From: a virus | Taxonomy: Duplodnaviria > Caudoviricetes | Virus record (IMG/VR): IMGVR_UViG_2687453683_000002 | Span: 32,001 to 96,000 of that record | Length of the DNA stretch: 64,000 bases | Strand: one strand, 5' to 3' | Shown here: positions 45,595 through 56,156 of the stretch, piece by piece | Layout: the number at the start of each line of letters is the position of its first letter | How positions within the stretch are numbered: position 1 is the first letter of the stretch | Position numbers and translations under genes: made by a program | Notes under the pieces: model-generated | What the model saw: only the letters and a program-made list of their open reading frames with translations | What the model was told of the DNA's origin: nothing | Databases searched by the model: none

Positions 45595-46347
45595 ATTTAT
45601 TCCTCCATGAATATATATTCTACACTTACGATACCTGTTAAACCACTACTTAGTTTCACCCCCTCGTTCCACATTGATTTCAAATCCTCTGTAGCCGTTT
45701 CATTGGCTACCTCAAGATCTTTTATCGTATCAATTGCCATAATTGTTGGCAAGGCGCACGATAACTTTTACCTTTTGTGTATGCCCCGTTGGATTATTAT
45801 CCGCTTGGTGGTGTAAGGATACCCATGATTCTGTTCTCACCAGATGTGGTTGCTTCAAATTGGGAACTAGCTACATCCCATCCCACAAAAGTGCTAGTCG
45901 ATGCATCATTACTGAGAATAGCTCCTGTAGTTGTTAGTAGTTCTAGGTCTACTGTAACTAATTCTTTTTGTATTATTCGAGAGATTTTGATCAATTCCTG
46001 TGTTTATCCTTTTTAAAAATTACCGTGCCTCATGAAAGTTTTTGTCCCAAAACACAGAAGCGCTCTAGTCCTCATTATTTCAAATTATTGCCGCTGTTCG
46101 GATGTAATGATGACAGGCTAGTTGGTTCATGGGCTTATGTTCTTGTCCCTCGACACCTTCTTTACCTATTCTAATGAAGAAACTCAATTTGGATATTCAT
46201 CAAAGACCATCAAAATTATAGGATCGTAGTAGTTTTTCTTCACCCCAACAACACAAATTTTATAAACGAAAATCCGCAGTTTATATATCATCAGTTATTC
46301 GCAGCTATAACCTCAGATAATGAAATCCAACAGTAATCCTCATCGCC

Positions 46348-46518
46348 TCAGGAACGTTGCTTTGTTACGTTAACAGTATTCAATTCGTTTGAGGTGAAGA
46401 GATGAAAGATGTTATAGCCGTGATTAACACTCATTGCCTGAAGATACGCCTTACGATGTTCTGGAAGAATTACTCGAGATCCCTCGAAAACTCCGTTCCC
46501 CGTCAATTCGCTTGTCAC
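46348..46518 (-). pseudogene. yolD: Truncated YolD-like gene
   Basis: N-terminus MTSELTGNGVFEGSRVILPEHRKAYL matches the YolD start; the rest is missing. Confidence 0.65.
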
Positions 46519-46531
46519 AATTCGTTTCTTC

Positions 46532-46825
46532 TCAATATTGTGTCCAGTAATCCGTGTTCGCAGGTTTAAGCGTCGATTGTACCTTGGGAAGTTGTGGTTT
46601 CTCAGATTCGCGCTCCCAACCCTCAAGAATGGCGATGTTAGATGTGTCTGACTTGTCATCCCAATATATGTATTCGGCGGCAATAAGGGCGTCTAAAGCA
46701 GCCATGACATCTGGATTAAGCTTCCCTGTCTTAACCGTTAGCTCGTGAATTGTGGGAAACCTGCGCCGCCCACCTTTGTAGTTGTACAAGATCCGTAAGA
46801 CCTTTCTTTGGAAATCCGTTAGCAA
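46532..46825 (-). CDS. LexA-N-like winged-HTH protein
   Basis: LTDFQRKVLRIL...FPTIHELTVKTG; TTG start after GAGGTG. Confidence 0.7.
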   Translation of the reverse strand: MLTDFQRKVLRILYNYKGGRRRFPTIHELTVKTGKLNPDVMAALDALIAAEYIYWDDKSDTSNIAILEGWERESEKPQLPKVQSTLKPANTDYWTQY

Positions 46826-46852
46826 GTTAATCACCTCGTCAATATTATACGG

Positions 46853-46864
46853 GAACGTAAGTTC
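46853..46864. promoter_or_regulatory. SOS (LexA/DinR) box GAAC-GTAA-GTTC
   Basis: Gram-positive GAAC-N4-GTTC consensus next to minus-strand TATAAT (46844-46849). Confidence 0.7.
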
Positions 46865-47078
46865 TTTTATCGACAACAAAAATACCCAGTCGCACAGACT
46901 AGGTACATTTATAAGGAATCTCATGGAGAGAGAGTTATATCATCATTCCCAATAAGGACAAGTTTCTTCTTCTACATAAACAATAAGTTCACCTGGCGTC
47001 ACTACACGCTTTTAGAGCATCAGGTGAAGGAGTATTTTAAGGAGTTGCCGAAGTAAACAAAACGGAGGTAATTAAATA

Positions 47079-47526
47079 ATGAAAAAGTTATTTTTAGCTA
47101 TTATCGTATTTGGGATTATGTTTGCTGTAGTTTATTTCAACCAAGAGCCTAAATGATTATCAGAAGAAGCCTGTCAAAGAAAGCACCCCAGCAGCAACTG
47201 GGCAAGTTGTAGAACTGCTCTTCCCCGCTGATCGTTATCCAGAAACAGCCAAGCACATTCAGGACGCCATAGACAGCGGTCATGCAGCAACATGCACCAT
47301 TGATAGAAGTGGCGCTGATGAAAACCGCAAATTGTCCCTGAGAGGTGTAGAAACAAAAAAAGGATACGATCGTGATGAATGGCCTATGGCAATGTGTGCA
47401 GAGGGTGGAGAAGGAGCCGATATTGAATACATAAGTCCATCGGATAACCGAGGCGCTGGCAGTTGGGAAGGAAATCAGTTGGAGGAATATCCGGATGGTA
47501 CATTAGTGGAGTTTATATTTGAGTGA
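47079..47526 (+). pseudogene. NucA/NucB-family DNase, frameshifted
   Basis: Signal/TM MKKLFLAIIVFG... stops at TGA 47154; shifted frame gives [17 protein letters not shown]...[10 protein letters not shown]...DNRGAGSW. Confidence 0.85.
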
Positions 47527-47534
47527 GGAGATAA

Positions 47535-47891
47535 ATGTTTATGAGTAAGAAGCTTAACGAAATTAGTGACTACATTGGCGTGTTTTGTTTGGGTACATTA
47601 ACTTTATCATTTTTTGTATTATCAATCATATTTATTATCAAGGCGTTCATCAATATTTATAAAAGATTGAAAGGTGTAAGAGTAAATAAAATGGTCCCTT
47701 GCACATCATGTAGACGTTCGATTTCAAACACTGCCATTATTTGCCCATACTGTGGTGAACATTATGGTAAAATGAATGGATTAGGCGATTCAATATTTAT
47801 CTGTTTTCTTTTTGCCATAGGTCTTTTCGTGATAGGAATTGTAAGTCTAACAAAGTCTGTTGAATGGTTTGAACAAACTTATATGAAGTGA
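47535..47891 (+). CDS. Membrane protein with zinc ribbon
   Basis: TM - CTSC...CPYCG - TM. Confidence 0.75.
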   Translation: MFMSKKLNEISDYIGVFCLGTLTLSFFVLSIIFIIKAFINIYKRLKGVRVNKMVPCTSCRRSISNTAIICPYCGEHYGKMNGLGDSIFICFLFAIGLFVIGIVSLTKSVEWFEQTYMK

Positions 47892-47953
47892 TCTCCATAA
47901 CTTACCGCCTCAATCCTTATGGCAAAACGCTATAATTGGATTGAGGTGTTTTT

Positions 47954-48811
47954 ATGTTCATTAGTCCTATGTTACTTGAAACAGCACCAGGTCCCTTCTC
48001 ACATTCAGCATTCATTTTTGAACCTAAAGTAGATGGGCACCGGTTGATATATTCGCAAGAGTCCGGCAATGTCCGGTTATACACACGTCACAATAATGAA
48101 TGTACTCGTCAGTACCCGGAATTGCTTCTGCCGTTTGACTCTGATATTATCCTAGACGGCGAGGTAGCTTGCACTGATCCCGAAACCGGACTAAATGACT
48201 TCGAGGCTGTGATGAGCCGATTTAGCACACGTCAGCACTCCAAGGTACAGCAGCTTATCAAAACACTGCCTGCCACGTTCACCATATTTGATATTCTTTT
48301 CTACCAAGGACGGGATCTACGTAAGCTACCTCTTATGGAACGCAAGATGATCCTACACAGTCTATCTCTTCCTTCCTCTAACTTTGGAATTGTTCCACAT
48401 ATAGAAGGCGCTGGAGAGGACTTGTACGCCCAAATAGAGTCTATGGGCATGGAAGGTGTAGTTGGGAAGCGCAAGGACAGCCAGTACGTCAGCAGACGGT
48501 CCAAGAACTGGATGAAGATCATTAACTGGTCTTACGCGAATGTATTCATTACCGGGTATCGCAAGGCTGAATTTGGATGGCTTGTGGCTGTTCGCGATCC
48601 GTCTGGAAAGCTCCGACCAGCAGGGATAATAGAACATGGCCCGAGCCCAAAACATAAGCAGGCATTTCGTGGTGTATGCAAGCAGCTCGTAACGGGCCAG
48701 GACAAGGATTATGTGTACCTGGAACCAAAGATACAAGCTCGCGTCAAGATGCGTAACTGGACCAAATCAGGCTTGTTGCGTATACCCGTGTTTGATCAAT
48801 TTATTGTGTGA
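47954..48811 (+). CDS. ATP-dependent DNA ligase (LigD ligase-domain / SPbeta LigB type)
   Basis: EPKVDG, ILDGE, FDIL, EGVVGK, WMKI motifs. Confidence 0.9.
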   Translation: MFISPMLLETAPGPFSHSAFIFEPKVDGHRLIYSQESGNVRLYTRHNNECTRQYPELLLPFDSDIILDGEVACTDPETGLNDFEAVMSRFSTRQHSKVQQLIKTLPATFTIFDILFYQGRDLRKLPLMERKMILHSLSLPSSNFGIVPHIEGAGEDLYAQIESMGMEGVVGKRKDSQYVSRRSKNWMKIINWSYANVFITGYRKAEFGWLVAVRDPSGKLRPAGIIEHGPSPKHKQAFRGVCKQLVTGQDKDYVYLEPKIQARVKMRNWTKSGLLRIPVFDQFIV

Positions 48812-48865
48812 GCTAATGCAAAAAAAAGCTTCGCAATTCAATGCGGAGCCTTTTGTATTGACTGT

Positions 48866-49618
48866 TTAGTATTCGCTCACTTCAAATGTAAGAACTCGAT
48901 CAAACAGGATATAGTCCTTGCGACTTTTGAACGGGCCTTTGTTGTTGTCATGTTTGTCAATAGCGTAAGATGCCTTTCCGCTTCCAGCTTGTTTTGTTTC
49001 ATACCAGTCAATAAAGCTGTTAACTTCTTGCATACTTAGGTCGAATTCTTTTTCAAGACCTGTGGTCATTGTGACTACCATGATGGCTCTGTTGCCAGAT
49101 GGTTGCTCTGGTTGTGGTTCAGGTGTATATGCGTTAAATTCAAAAACCTTCAATGTTGAATTGGCGTTTGTGTTAACTAGGCTGATTTTACTTACACCAT
49201 CTGCAGGCACTGGTAATGTCACTAAAGAGCCATCGGTAGTACTTACTTGAAAATATGTAACGTAATTTCCTTGACTATCTAAGAGCTCGATTACAATATT
49301 AGTACTTTTATCTGCCTTCAAACGGTAAGATACAACGGTCTGAGGAGAATCAAAATCATAATAAATATGATCCAAGGTTCCTGTGGGACCCGGAGTACTT
49401 TTATCAACAAGAAAAGACGTATTCTCATTATTATCAGTTGCTTCCGTACCTATTAAACTTCCTCCAGTGAATCCACCGCTATTATAAAGTTGCTTGCCAT
49501 CAAGCAACCCACCACTGTAATCCACAGCAGCTTTCACGCTTGCATTTGGAACTACACTTAAAGCTAAAATAAATGCCCCAATCATTAAAACGATTTTCTT
49601 AAAAAACGTTGTTTTCAC
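48866..49618 (-). CDS. Secreted protein with discoidin/galactose-binding-like domain
   Basis: GTG start VKTTFFKK plus signal peptide; ATDNNENT...YYDF...FEFNAY; C-terminal GLEKEFDL...KGPFKSRKDYI. Confidence 0.75.
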   Translation of the reverse strand: MKTTFFKKIVLMIGAFILALSVVPNASVKAAVDYSGGLLDGKQLYNSGGFTGGSLIGTEATDNNENTSFLVDKSTPGPTGTLDHIYYDFDSPQTVVSYRLKADKSTNIVIELLDSQGNYVTYFQVSTTDGSLVTLPVPADGVSKISLVNTNANSTLKVFEFNAYTPEPQPEQPSGNRAIMVVTMTTGLEKEFDLSMQEVNSFIDWYETKQAGSGKASYAIDKHDNNKGPFKSRKDYILFDRVLTFEVSEY

Positions 49619-49833
49619 ATGAATCCCCCTAAGATTATTATGTACATTCCCTACTTCTATTGTAGAATGAAGTTTATCCAAACGTCTAAACATAAACTTG
49701 CTGATCTATAAATATCATCTAATTTATTGCATATTTATTTTTATTTGGATATGCACCCCCACATATTACCCGTTTCTATCTTTAAAGATTTGAGTTAAAT
49801 TACATATAATAGCGTCTTTAAGGAGGCTTCGAT

Positions 49834-50505
49834 ATGTGCGGAAGATTCACGATTACAGATCCAATTGAAGAAATTATGGAGAGATACTATGCTTCTATAG
49901 CTGATGGATTCGAATACAAACCTAATTACAACGCTGCACCCATGCAATACATTCCGTCGATTATCGGGAGCAAAAACGGCAATGGACTGGGCTCACTCCG
50001 ATGGGGTTTGGTACCCGTATGGGCCAAGGATGACAAGATTGGTAATAAGATGATTAATGCTCGGGCAGAAACGATCGCGGAAAAGCCAGCTTTTAAACGT
50101 CTGATCAGTTCCAAGCGCTGTATTATCCCGTGTAGTGGTTTTTATGAGTGGAAAAAGGAAGGATCCAACAAGCAGCCGATGCGAATACTCATGAAGGATG
50201 ATAGCATCTTTTCTCTAGCTGGCCTATATGACACCTGGACAGACCCAGACGGGAATAAGCTCAGTACTTGCACCATCATTACTACTGAACCAAACAGTCT
50301 GATGGAAGACATCCATAATCGTATGCCGGTCATCTTGCGCCCTGAGGATGAGGAAGAATGGCTTGGAAGAGATAATGAAGATTTGCAGTCGCTGCTTGGA
50401 TTGCTCAAGCCATATCAAGCGTCAGAGATGAGAGCTTACGAGGTGCCGAAGGAAGTCGGTAATGTGAGGAATAACAGTGTGGAACTATTGAAAAAAGTTA
50501 ATTAG
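49834..50505 (+). CDS. SOS response-associated peptidase (SRAP/YedK/YoqW family)
   Basis: MCGRF N-terminus, INARAET, GFYEW, IHNRMPVIL. Confidence 0.95.
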   Translation: MCGRFTITDPIEEIMERYYASIADGFEYKPNYNAAPMQYIPSIIGSKNGNGLGSLRWGLVPVWAKDDKIGNKMINARAETIAEKPAFKRLISSKRCIIPCSGFYEWKKEGSNKQPMRILMKDDSIFSLAGLYDTWTDPDGNKLSTCTIITTEPNSLMEDIHNRMPVILRPEDEEEWLGRDNEDLQSLLGLLKPYQASEMRAYEVPKEVGNVRNNSVELLKKVN

Positions 50506-50633
50506 AGATTCGACTAGAGTGATACCTTAGTGGTAGTCACTCTTTTTTTACTGTTCATAATACAGAAATATATGGAAATAGACGAATAACTTTGATAACA
50601 TAAGTGGATTGATTACATAGATGGAGGAACAAA

Positions 50634-50963
50634 ATGTTTGATAATATGGCATCTTACTCACTTCTGGGTATTGCCGGTCTCATCACTACTTGTTTGTTTA
50701 TATTTGGTATAGCCTGTTTAATAGCATTTTTTATCAATATCTTTAGATTGATCAAAGGTCGATTTAACCGAAAGTTAGAACAATGCCAATCGTGTGGTAA
50801 TACTATCTCAATATCAGCTATCATTTGCCCTAATTGCGGCCACCACTATGGTAGATCTAATGGAGTTTTCAATTCAATTTTCGGGTCATTCGTTGGTTTC
50901 GTAATTTGCATTGGCGGTGGATTCATAGCATTAGCTGAACTTATGAAGATGATAAATAATTAG
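50634..50963 (+). CDS. Membrane protein with zinc ribbon (paralogue of 47535-47891)
   Basis: CQSC...AIICPNCGHHYG vs CTSC...AIICPYCGEHYG. Confidence 0.75.
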   Translation: MFDNMASYSLLGIAGLITTCLFIFGIACLIAFFINIFRLIKGRFNRKLEQCQSCGNTISISAIICPNCGHHYGRSNGVFNSIFGSFVGFVICIGGGFIALAELMKMINN

Positions 50964-51077
50964 GTGAGAAGGAGCCATAAAAGCCTCCTTTTTGGTACCT
51001 TAGATTCAAACACGTTAAAGAATTATTTACTGCCCATGATCTTAATTGATGCCTTTCTAATTTTAGAAAATTATACA

Positions 51078-51096
51078 TAGGTCTGATAGACTATTC
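51078..51096 (+). repeat. 19-bp repeat TAGGTCTGATAGACTATTC, copy 1
   Basis: Identical copy at 53261-53279; both precede an RBS. Confidence 0.8.
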
Positions 51097-51413
51097 TGGG
51101 GTAAATTACATAGTTGGAGGGAATACATGGAAGAGAAAATAGGTATTATAATTACAGTCAGTTTTCATTCTAACAATGTTCTATTTGGCTACTCGTTTCT
51201 TTGGTAGAATGTTCGGAAATATAAGCTGTTTTTTGTCCTTATTGTGGTCAAACTTTCGGAAAAATCAATTCATTCTCTACCTCTATATTCGCCAACTTTT
51301 TTGCTGGAGTTGTAGCTCTTGCTGGAGGAATAGGACTTTTATTTTATTTGTTAGACTTATTAAAGGATCAGTAATCTAGCTTTCAGCTACAAAGGAGCCA
51401 TTAACCAAGGCTC

Positions 51414-51626
51414 CTATTTTTGTACCCTAAATTCAAATGTCTCACGAAAGTATCTCTTCCCCATGATCTTAATGGATACTGGGCTGTACTCCACCACCGG
51501 ACCGCCATAGTCAATGATGTGCTCGTGATCATCCAGAACATGCCAGACGGATACGCGTACCTCAGTTAAGGCTGCTGTGAGGAAATCCATATCTGTAGAT
51601 AATACTCTGTATGTATGATTCATCAA
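51414..51626 (-). CDS. Small hypothetical protein (70 aa)
   Basis: ORF with RBS; a degraded copy of its 3' end lies at about 50990-51050. Confidence 0.65.
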   Translation of the reverse strand: MMNHTYRVLSTDMDFLTAALTEVRVSVWHVLDDHEHIIDYGGPVVEYSPVSIKIMGKRYFRETFEFRVQK

Positions 51627-51718
51627 ATCACCCTAATTGATAATTCAACTATCAAGTGGCGATACCTTCATCAAAAAAAAGAAGAACCCTGACAATATGT
51701 CCAGGATTCTTTAGTAAG

Positions 51719-52372
51719 TTACTTATAATGCGAAGTTGGCTGTACCACTAGTACTGTCTCTTTTTTAAAGTCGTCTGCCTCCATGTAAAGTTTAACTCCC
51801 TTATTACTAATACCAGTTACATTAATTTCTACATTTTCTTGCTTACCCTCTTCTAAAAATAACGATTTGATATGCTCACCTGTATCTTCATCTTTCAATA
51901 ATATTTGTCCAGATCCATCTACTAGTTTTAGATCAAGAACCAAGGTCTGATATTTATTATTAGGATAGAGCACGATATAACCTAAATTTTTAATTGTAAC
52001 GACTTCTTTGTATTTATTCTCCGTATATTTCGAATCTCTTGAAAGGCCAGCATATGTTGAAAAATAGTAAATTCTTTCTTTATCAAAAGGAGTTTTAGCA
52101 AGTTTTTCACCGAAACTCATTTTGCCTGATTTGGCGTCGACAGTTATGTTCGTCTTCGTTGCTTCTTTTGCTAGACTAACTGGTATGTACGTTTGTCCAT
52201 TGATTACTACTGGTTGTGTTTTTGACTGCGGGGTCCAGTTGCTACCATTTAGAGCATACTTGAAATTACTAACCGTTGCCTGAACTGTTTTACTTTTTGA
52301 TGCAGCAAATGCTCCCGTTCCTCCGACCACTAGAAATGCCAATAACAGTAATCCTGTTTTCTTAAATCTCAT
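51719..52372 (-). CDS. Secreted protein with copper-amine-oxidase N-terminal (stalk)-like domain
   Basis: Signal peptide (AFA); PVVINGQTYIPV motif. Confidence 0.75.
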   Translation of the reverse strand: MRFKKTGLLLLAFLVVGGTGAFAASKSKTVQATVSNFKYALNGSNWTPQSKTQPVVINGQTYIPVSLAKEATKTNITVDAKSGKMSFGEKLAKTPFDKERIYYFSTYAGLSRDSKYTENKYKEVVTIKNLGYIVLYPNNKYQTLVLDLKLVDGSGQILLKDEDTGEHIKSLFLEEGKQENVEINVTGISNKGVKLYMEADDFKKETVLVVQPTSHYK

Positions 52373-52489
52373 TTTCTTCCTCCTCAGTACTATCTTGGTT
52401 TTGTACTACAATATTATCTCAAAACTTTCCTATATAGTAAATAAGTATTATAATGATATAGATAAATTGACCCATATTCGGAGGTTATA

Positions 52490-52696
52490 ATGATTAAAGA
52501 TCTTCTTTTGGCAGAAAATAAGGGATACTCAGTTTGCTTGGTTTTTGAAGATAATTCGAATTACATAGGAATCATTATGATGTCAACTGACAAAAAGAGG
52601 GTTAAGATTAAACATCAACATGGAGTTGAATGGATTCCAGTTACAGATATAGTCAGCTGTTCAGTATCTATTCCATTTCAAAATACATCCGAGTAA
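52490..52696 (+). CDS. Small Sm-fold/YolD-C-like protein
   Basis: RBS GGAGG; G..M...KRVKI...EWIPVTDI. Confidence 0.55.
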   Translation: MIKDLLLAENKGYSVCLVFEDNSNYIGIIMMSTDKKRVKIKHQHGVEWIPVTDIVSCSVSIPFQNTSE

Positions 52697-52741
52697 AGTG
52701 ACGATTTAATGATCGGATGTATTTTGATTATATTCACACGA

Positions 52742-53200
52742 TTATTCAAATCCATTTGTTAGAGATTTCATTTCATCAATTACTTGATAAAGTCTAATAA
52801 TCGCTTTCTCATAAAGCTCTGCGATTGGTATTGCAATCGAACTGGCAACAAACAAAATTGCGAAGTTTACTATTATAGCTATTACGGTTATTGTTACCTT
52901 AACTTCAATAGAGTTTCCAAAATCTAACTTCAGTTGAAAATACTCTATTTTACTCATGAATATAATTGTATATATCGTTGCATACAAACTAACTGCTCGT
53001 GCAGTAAATACTACCAAATTGTTTACAGTCACCCCATCATTCATATAATAAATTAAAAAACCAATATCAAAAAACATCAACAATTTCCCCAGTATCGGTA
53101 AGTTGCCTAAAATACTACTTTCTAATAACCCCACACTTATTATTTGTAATAATATCGATCCTACAATACATACTAAAATCCAAACTAAAAATTTCGGCAT
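52742..53200 (-). CDS. Multi-pass membrane protein
   Basis: About four hydrophobic segments; RBS GAGGAG. Confidence 0.7.
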   Translation of the reverse strand: MPKFLVWILVCIVGSILLQIISVGLLESSILGNLPILGKLLMFFDIGFLIYYMNDGVTVNNLVVFTARAVSLYATIYTIIFMSKIEYFQLKLDFGNSIEVKVTITVIAIIVNFAILFVASSIAIPIAELYEKAIIRLYQVIDEMKSLTNGFE

Positions 53201-53260
53201 TTAACAATCTCTCCTCGTAAGTTCCCCATAAACCTACCTATCTCCCTAGATAAAAATACC

Positions 53261-53279
53261 TAGGTCTGATAGACTATTC
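53261..53279 (+). repeat. 19-bp repeat TAGGTCTGATAGACTATTC, copy 2
   Basis: Identical to 51078-51096. Confidence 0.8.
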
Positions 53280-53315
53280 ATGTTGTTAATTATTACTATA
53301 TCAGGAGGATGAAGA

Positions 53316-54023
53316 TTGAAAAAGCCTATTCAGAAAAAATGGTGGTTTTGGCTTATAGTTGTGATTATAGTGGGAGGTATCTTTGGAAACAAAGATGAGG
53401 AGAAAACTGAGAAAGAAGAAGTTGCGAAAACCGAAGTATCCACTCCTGCTGAAACCAAGCCGGGAACTGTTGTTGCTGAAAAATCTGCTAGTAAGACCCA
53501 GGATGTTAAGGTAGCCAAAGAGGACGTTCAGAAACAAAAGGAAAAGATAGCAGAAATACCAGGAACTCTGGGAATGACTCCGGAAGAATTTCGTAAATCG
53601 TTCAATAAACGCGCAGATGTGCTTAATAACTCCAAACTGAAAATTGGCAAGAAATTAAACATTGAAACTGGACCAGCTCAAGATGTATTCCAGTATATGA
53701 CCACAGATTACAAAGGCATAGCCGGATCAGTAAACAAAGCAGACGGATCATTACGTGATGTAATGATGATAGGCCAAGGTAATGGTACTCTTTCATCTGG
53801 AACAGATCTTGTTTTAACTATTGGTTTAGTTATACTCGCAACCAATCCAGACTTACCATCGAAAGCTGTTGGTAGTGTTCTTGATGATCTGGGTATCCTT
53901 AATGAAGGCGTGGATTGGACAACTGTAAACGAATCAACAGAACTAAACGGAATTCGTTATAGCATAACTGGATCTGATGCTATTGGAATAATGTTCAGTG
54001 CTAGCGACGCAAATGATAAATAA
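53316..54023 (+). CDS. Membrane-anchored surface protein (prophage moron type)
   Basis: KKPIQKKWWFWLIVVIIVGG anchor plus charged linker. Confidence 0.8.
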   Translation: MKKPIQKKWWFWLIVVIIVGGIFGNKDEEKTEKEEVAKTEVSTPAETKPGTVVAEKSASKTQDVKVAKEDVQKQKEKIAEIPGTLGMTPEEFRKSFNKRADVLNNSKLKIGKKLNIETGPAQDVFQYMTTDYKGIAGSVNKADGSLRDVMMIGQGNGTLSSGTDLVLTIGLVILATNPDLPSKAVGSVLDDLGILNEGVDWTTVNESTELNGIRYSITGSDAIGIMFSASDANDK

Positions 54024-54041
54024 ATACGAAGGAGAAGCATC

Positions 54042-54596
54042 ATGAAAAGAATACTAGCTCTATTCTGTGCCATGGCGATGTTTGGGTTCGTATTAAGCCC
54101 ATCTTACGTTGAAGCTGCTACTGTAAATCCAAAGACTTTGTTAGAAAAGAAATTCCCTAGAGAGCGTGTAACAGTCAGTAAGTCAGTAGACCTAAACGGA
54201 GACAATAAGAAAGAACACTTGTTGATCACTGAATCAGGCAACTTTTATCTTATTAATTCCAAAGGTGTCATAGTACTTATAGATACAAATTACTATAGCG
54301 ATGAAGAACCAACAATCCATATCCTCAATGTTTCGGCTAAAGAAAAGCAAGTAGCTGTTACTCTTGACTATTTACCATCAAATACAGAACTGCTCGTTTA
54401 TAAATATCAGAATGGTACTCTTAAAAAGAAGTTATCTGTTATGGGTGATGTTGGAATAGAGATTTCGAAAACCGGGGAAATAATTCAAATGTGGAAGAAT
54501 TACTATCCAGAAGGTGGTTGGAAGATCGCAGTTGCAAACTATAAGTGGAATAGTAAGAAAGATAAATATGTAGGTTCAGGTGAATTACCACGATAA
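54042..54596 (+). CDS. Secreted hypothetical protein
   Basis: Signal peptide (VEA); DLNGDNKKE motif; terminator at about 54600-54641. Confidence 0.75.
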   Translation: MKRILALFCAMAMFGFVLSPSYVEAATVNPKTLLEKKFPRERVTVSKSVDLNGDNKKEHLLITESGNFYLINSKGVIVLIDTNYYSDEEPTIHILNVSAKEKQVAVTLDYLPSNTELLVYKYQNGTLKKKLSVMGDVGIEISKTGEIIQMWKNYYPEGGWKIAVANYKWNSKKDKYVGSGELPR

Positions 54597-54903
54597 GACA
54601 AATAAGACTCTTTCGACTTAGTTTCGTGAGAGTCTTATTTTTGTTCAATTATGCAAAGCTTAAACTAAGTATCAACTCCTCTTGCTTTGCCGACCTAGGG
54701 CATAAGCCGTCACATAATTGATCCTGTCGTTACCCAGTGCAGGTAAGTTTGTCTCTCCTGTTACGATAGAAAGTTTATTTGCGCCAGCCACGCCCATCGT
54801 AGTCGTTACTGTACTCTTCTTCCTAGTGACGACAGTACCTATTATTTCGTAAGCTGTGATGCACTTTTTTTTTACTCATAGTAAAAGGAACCCCAAACGA
54901 AGC

Positions 54904-55317
54904 TTATTTCAATACGATAAAGATATTTTCAATGTACTTCCCGTATGTATCTTCCCAATGATGATTTGAATCAGCTTTAGAATCAAAGAAAAAACTCTCT
55001 CCTGATCTGAGTTTTATTTCAAGTTGCCTCTCTTCTTGGCGCGAATTTGACTTAATAATCCTTAACGTCTCGACTTGAAAATTTTTATAATACATGACAT
55101 CAGATGCTCTTGCGTTTTGCCTGAAACGAATAATACTTTTTTCTGTGAATATAAAAAACTCAACTTCTGCACTATCTGTAAAAAAATTTTTGGGATAGAA
55201 GGCTCTTACTTCATCATCGGTAACGTATTTTTGAATATTTGATAAAATCTTCGTATATCCACCATACGAGATACTACCCATTTCTCTTTTGAAATCATGA
55301 TAACTGTTCATTTTCAC
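54904..55317 (-). CDS. Hypothetical protein (DUF3908-like)
   Basis: ORF with RBS; FYPKNFF motif recalled from the family. Confidence 0.6.
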   Translation of the reverse strand: MKMNSYHDFKREMGSISYGGYTKILSNIQKYVTDDEVRAFYPKNFFTDSAEVEFFIFTEKSIIRFRQNARASDVMYYKNFQVETLRIIKSNSRQEERQLEIKLRSGESFFFDSKADSNHHWEDTYGKYIENIFIVLK

Positions 55318-56000
55318 TCAACTCCCTCTTGATACGATAGTTCGACAGGAAGGAATAATATCCCTCTTTTAACATCGTCTATGGGGCAATTGAAGAACGC
55401 CTTCCGGTTTAGTCCTTGTGACATATGGTTATTTTCGGTATACAATAGACTTTACTCCAAGAAAGAAGTGAAACCGGGTGAATCGACTGAGATTGAAGAT
55501 TGAACTTTTGTTCAAAACATTCACAGTCCGTATCGTTATTTTTAGACGTTAATTGCGATACGGCATCCGGACCTGAAATAAAATAAATGCCCTAGAAAAG
55601 GTCGCATGTAAAAGTGCGTGAACCGATCAATGGGTCGCACTCCTATTGGAATGCGTAAACGAAATCTCTGACCCTAGGTTCAGCGGCTGAAAAGCCTCGT
55701 CCTAGGGTTTTATAAGTAAAAATAATACTTGTTAATCTAATTCATAGAATTTCTAGCAATGGAACCTCCTAACGGGGAGCCATGTGATCAAAAACTTATA
55801 ATCTGAATGTTGTACGTCAAGACCACAATCTCTTGACTGTCTTTGATCTGGTTTTTGAAATCTTATACTGTATTATGCTTTGCTCAACGCAACAAGTTCT
55901 TCGATCTCCGAAAGCTTGTACGAGATATTATGTTTTGAGTAACCCTTGAAATTTCCATATGGAATCATGTTAGATATATAACGTTATTTCGCTTATAAAC

Positions 56001-56156
56001 TCAAAGCTCAATCTTTAAAATGTACTCATTTGATGGTAAGACTAAATTAATCTTTACAGGCAAAGGTAATTCAAACTCTTTTATTATTGCTCTGACATAG
56101 CACTCTGCACTTCGCTTCTGTATATCCCATGGGAAATAAATTGTGTGATTGTTCAT
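56001..56156 (-). CDS. Small hypothetical protein (51 aa, not in ORF track)
   Basis: RBS GGAGG; MNNHTIYFPWDIQKRSAECYVRAIIKEFELPLPVKINL... Confidence 0.45.
   Translation of the reverse strand: MNNHTIYFPWDIQKRSAECYVRAIIKEFELPLPVKINLVLPSNEYILKIEL

Noticed and set aside
45607-46200. Short overlapping ORFs on both strands
   Set aside because: Probably a decayed minus-strand gene with internal stops; no family recognised
55580-55712. Possible riboswitch/sRNA ending in the ACCCTAGG/CCTAGGGT hairpin
   Set aside because: No riboswitch consensus recognised; needs an Rfam/Infernal search
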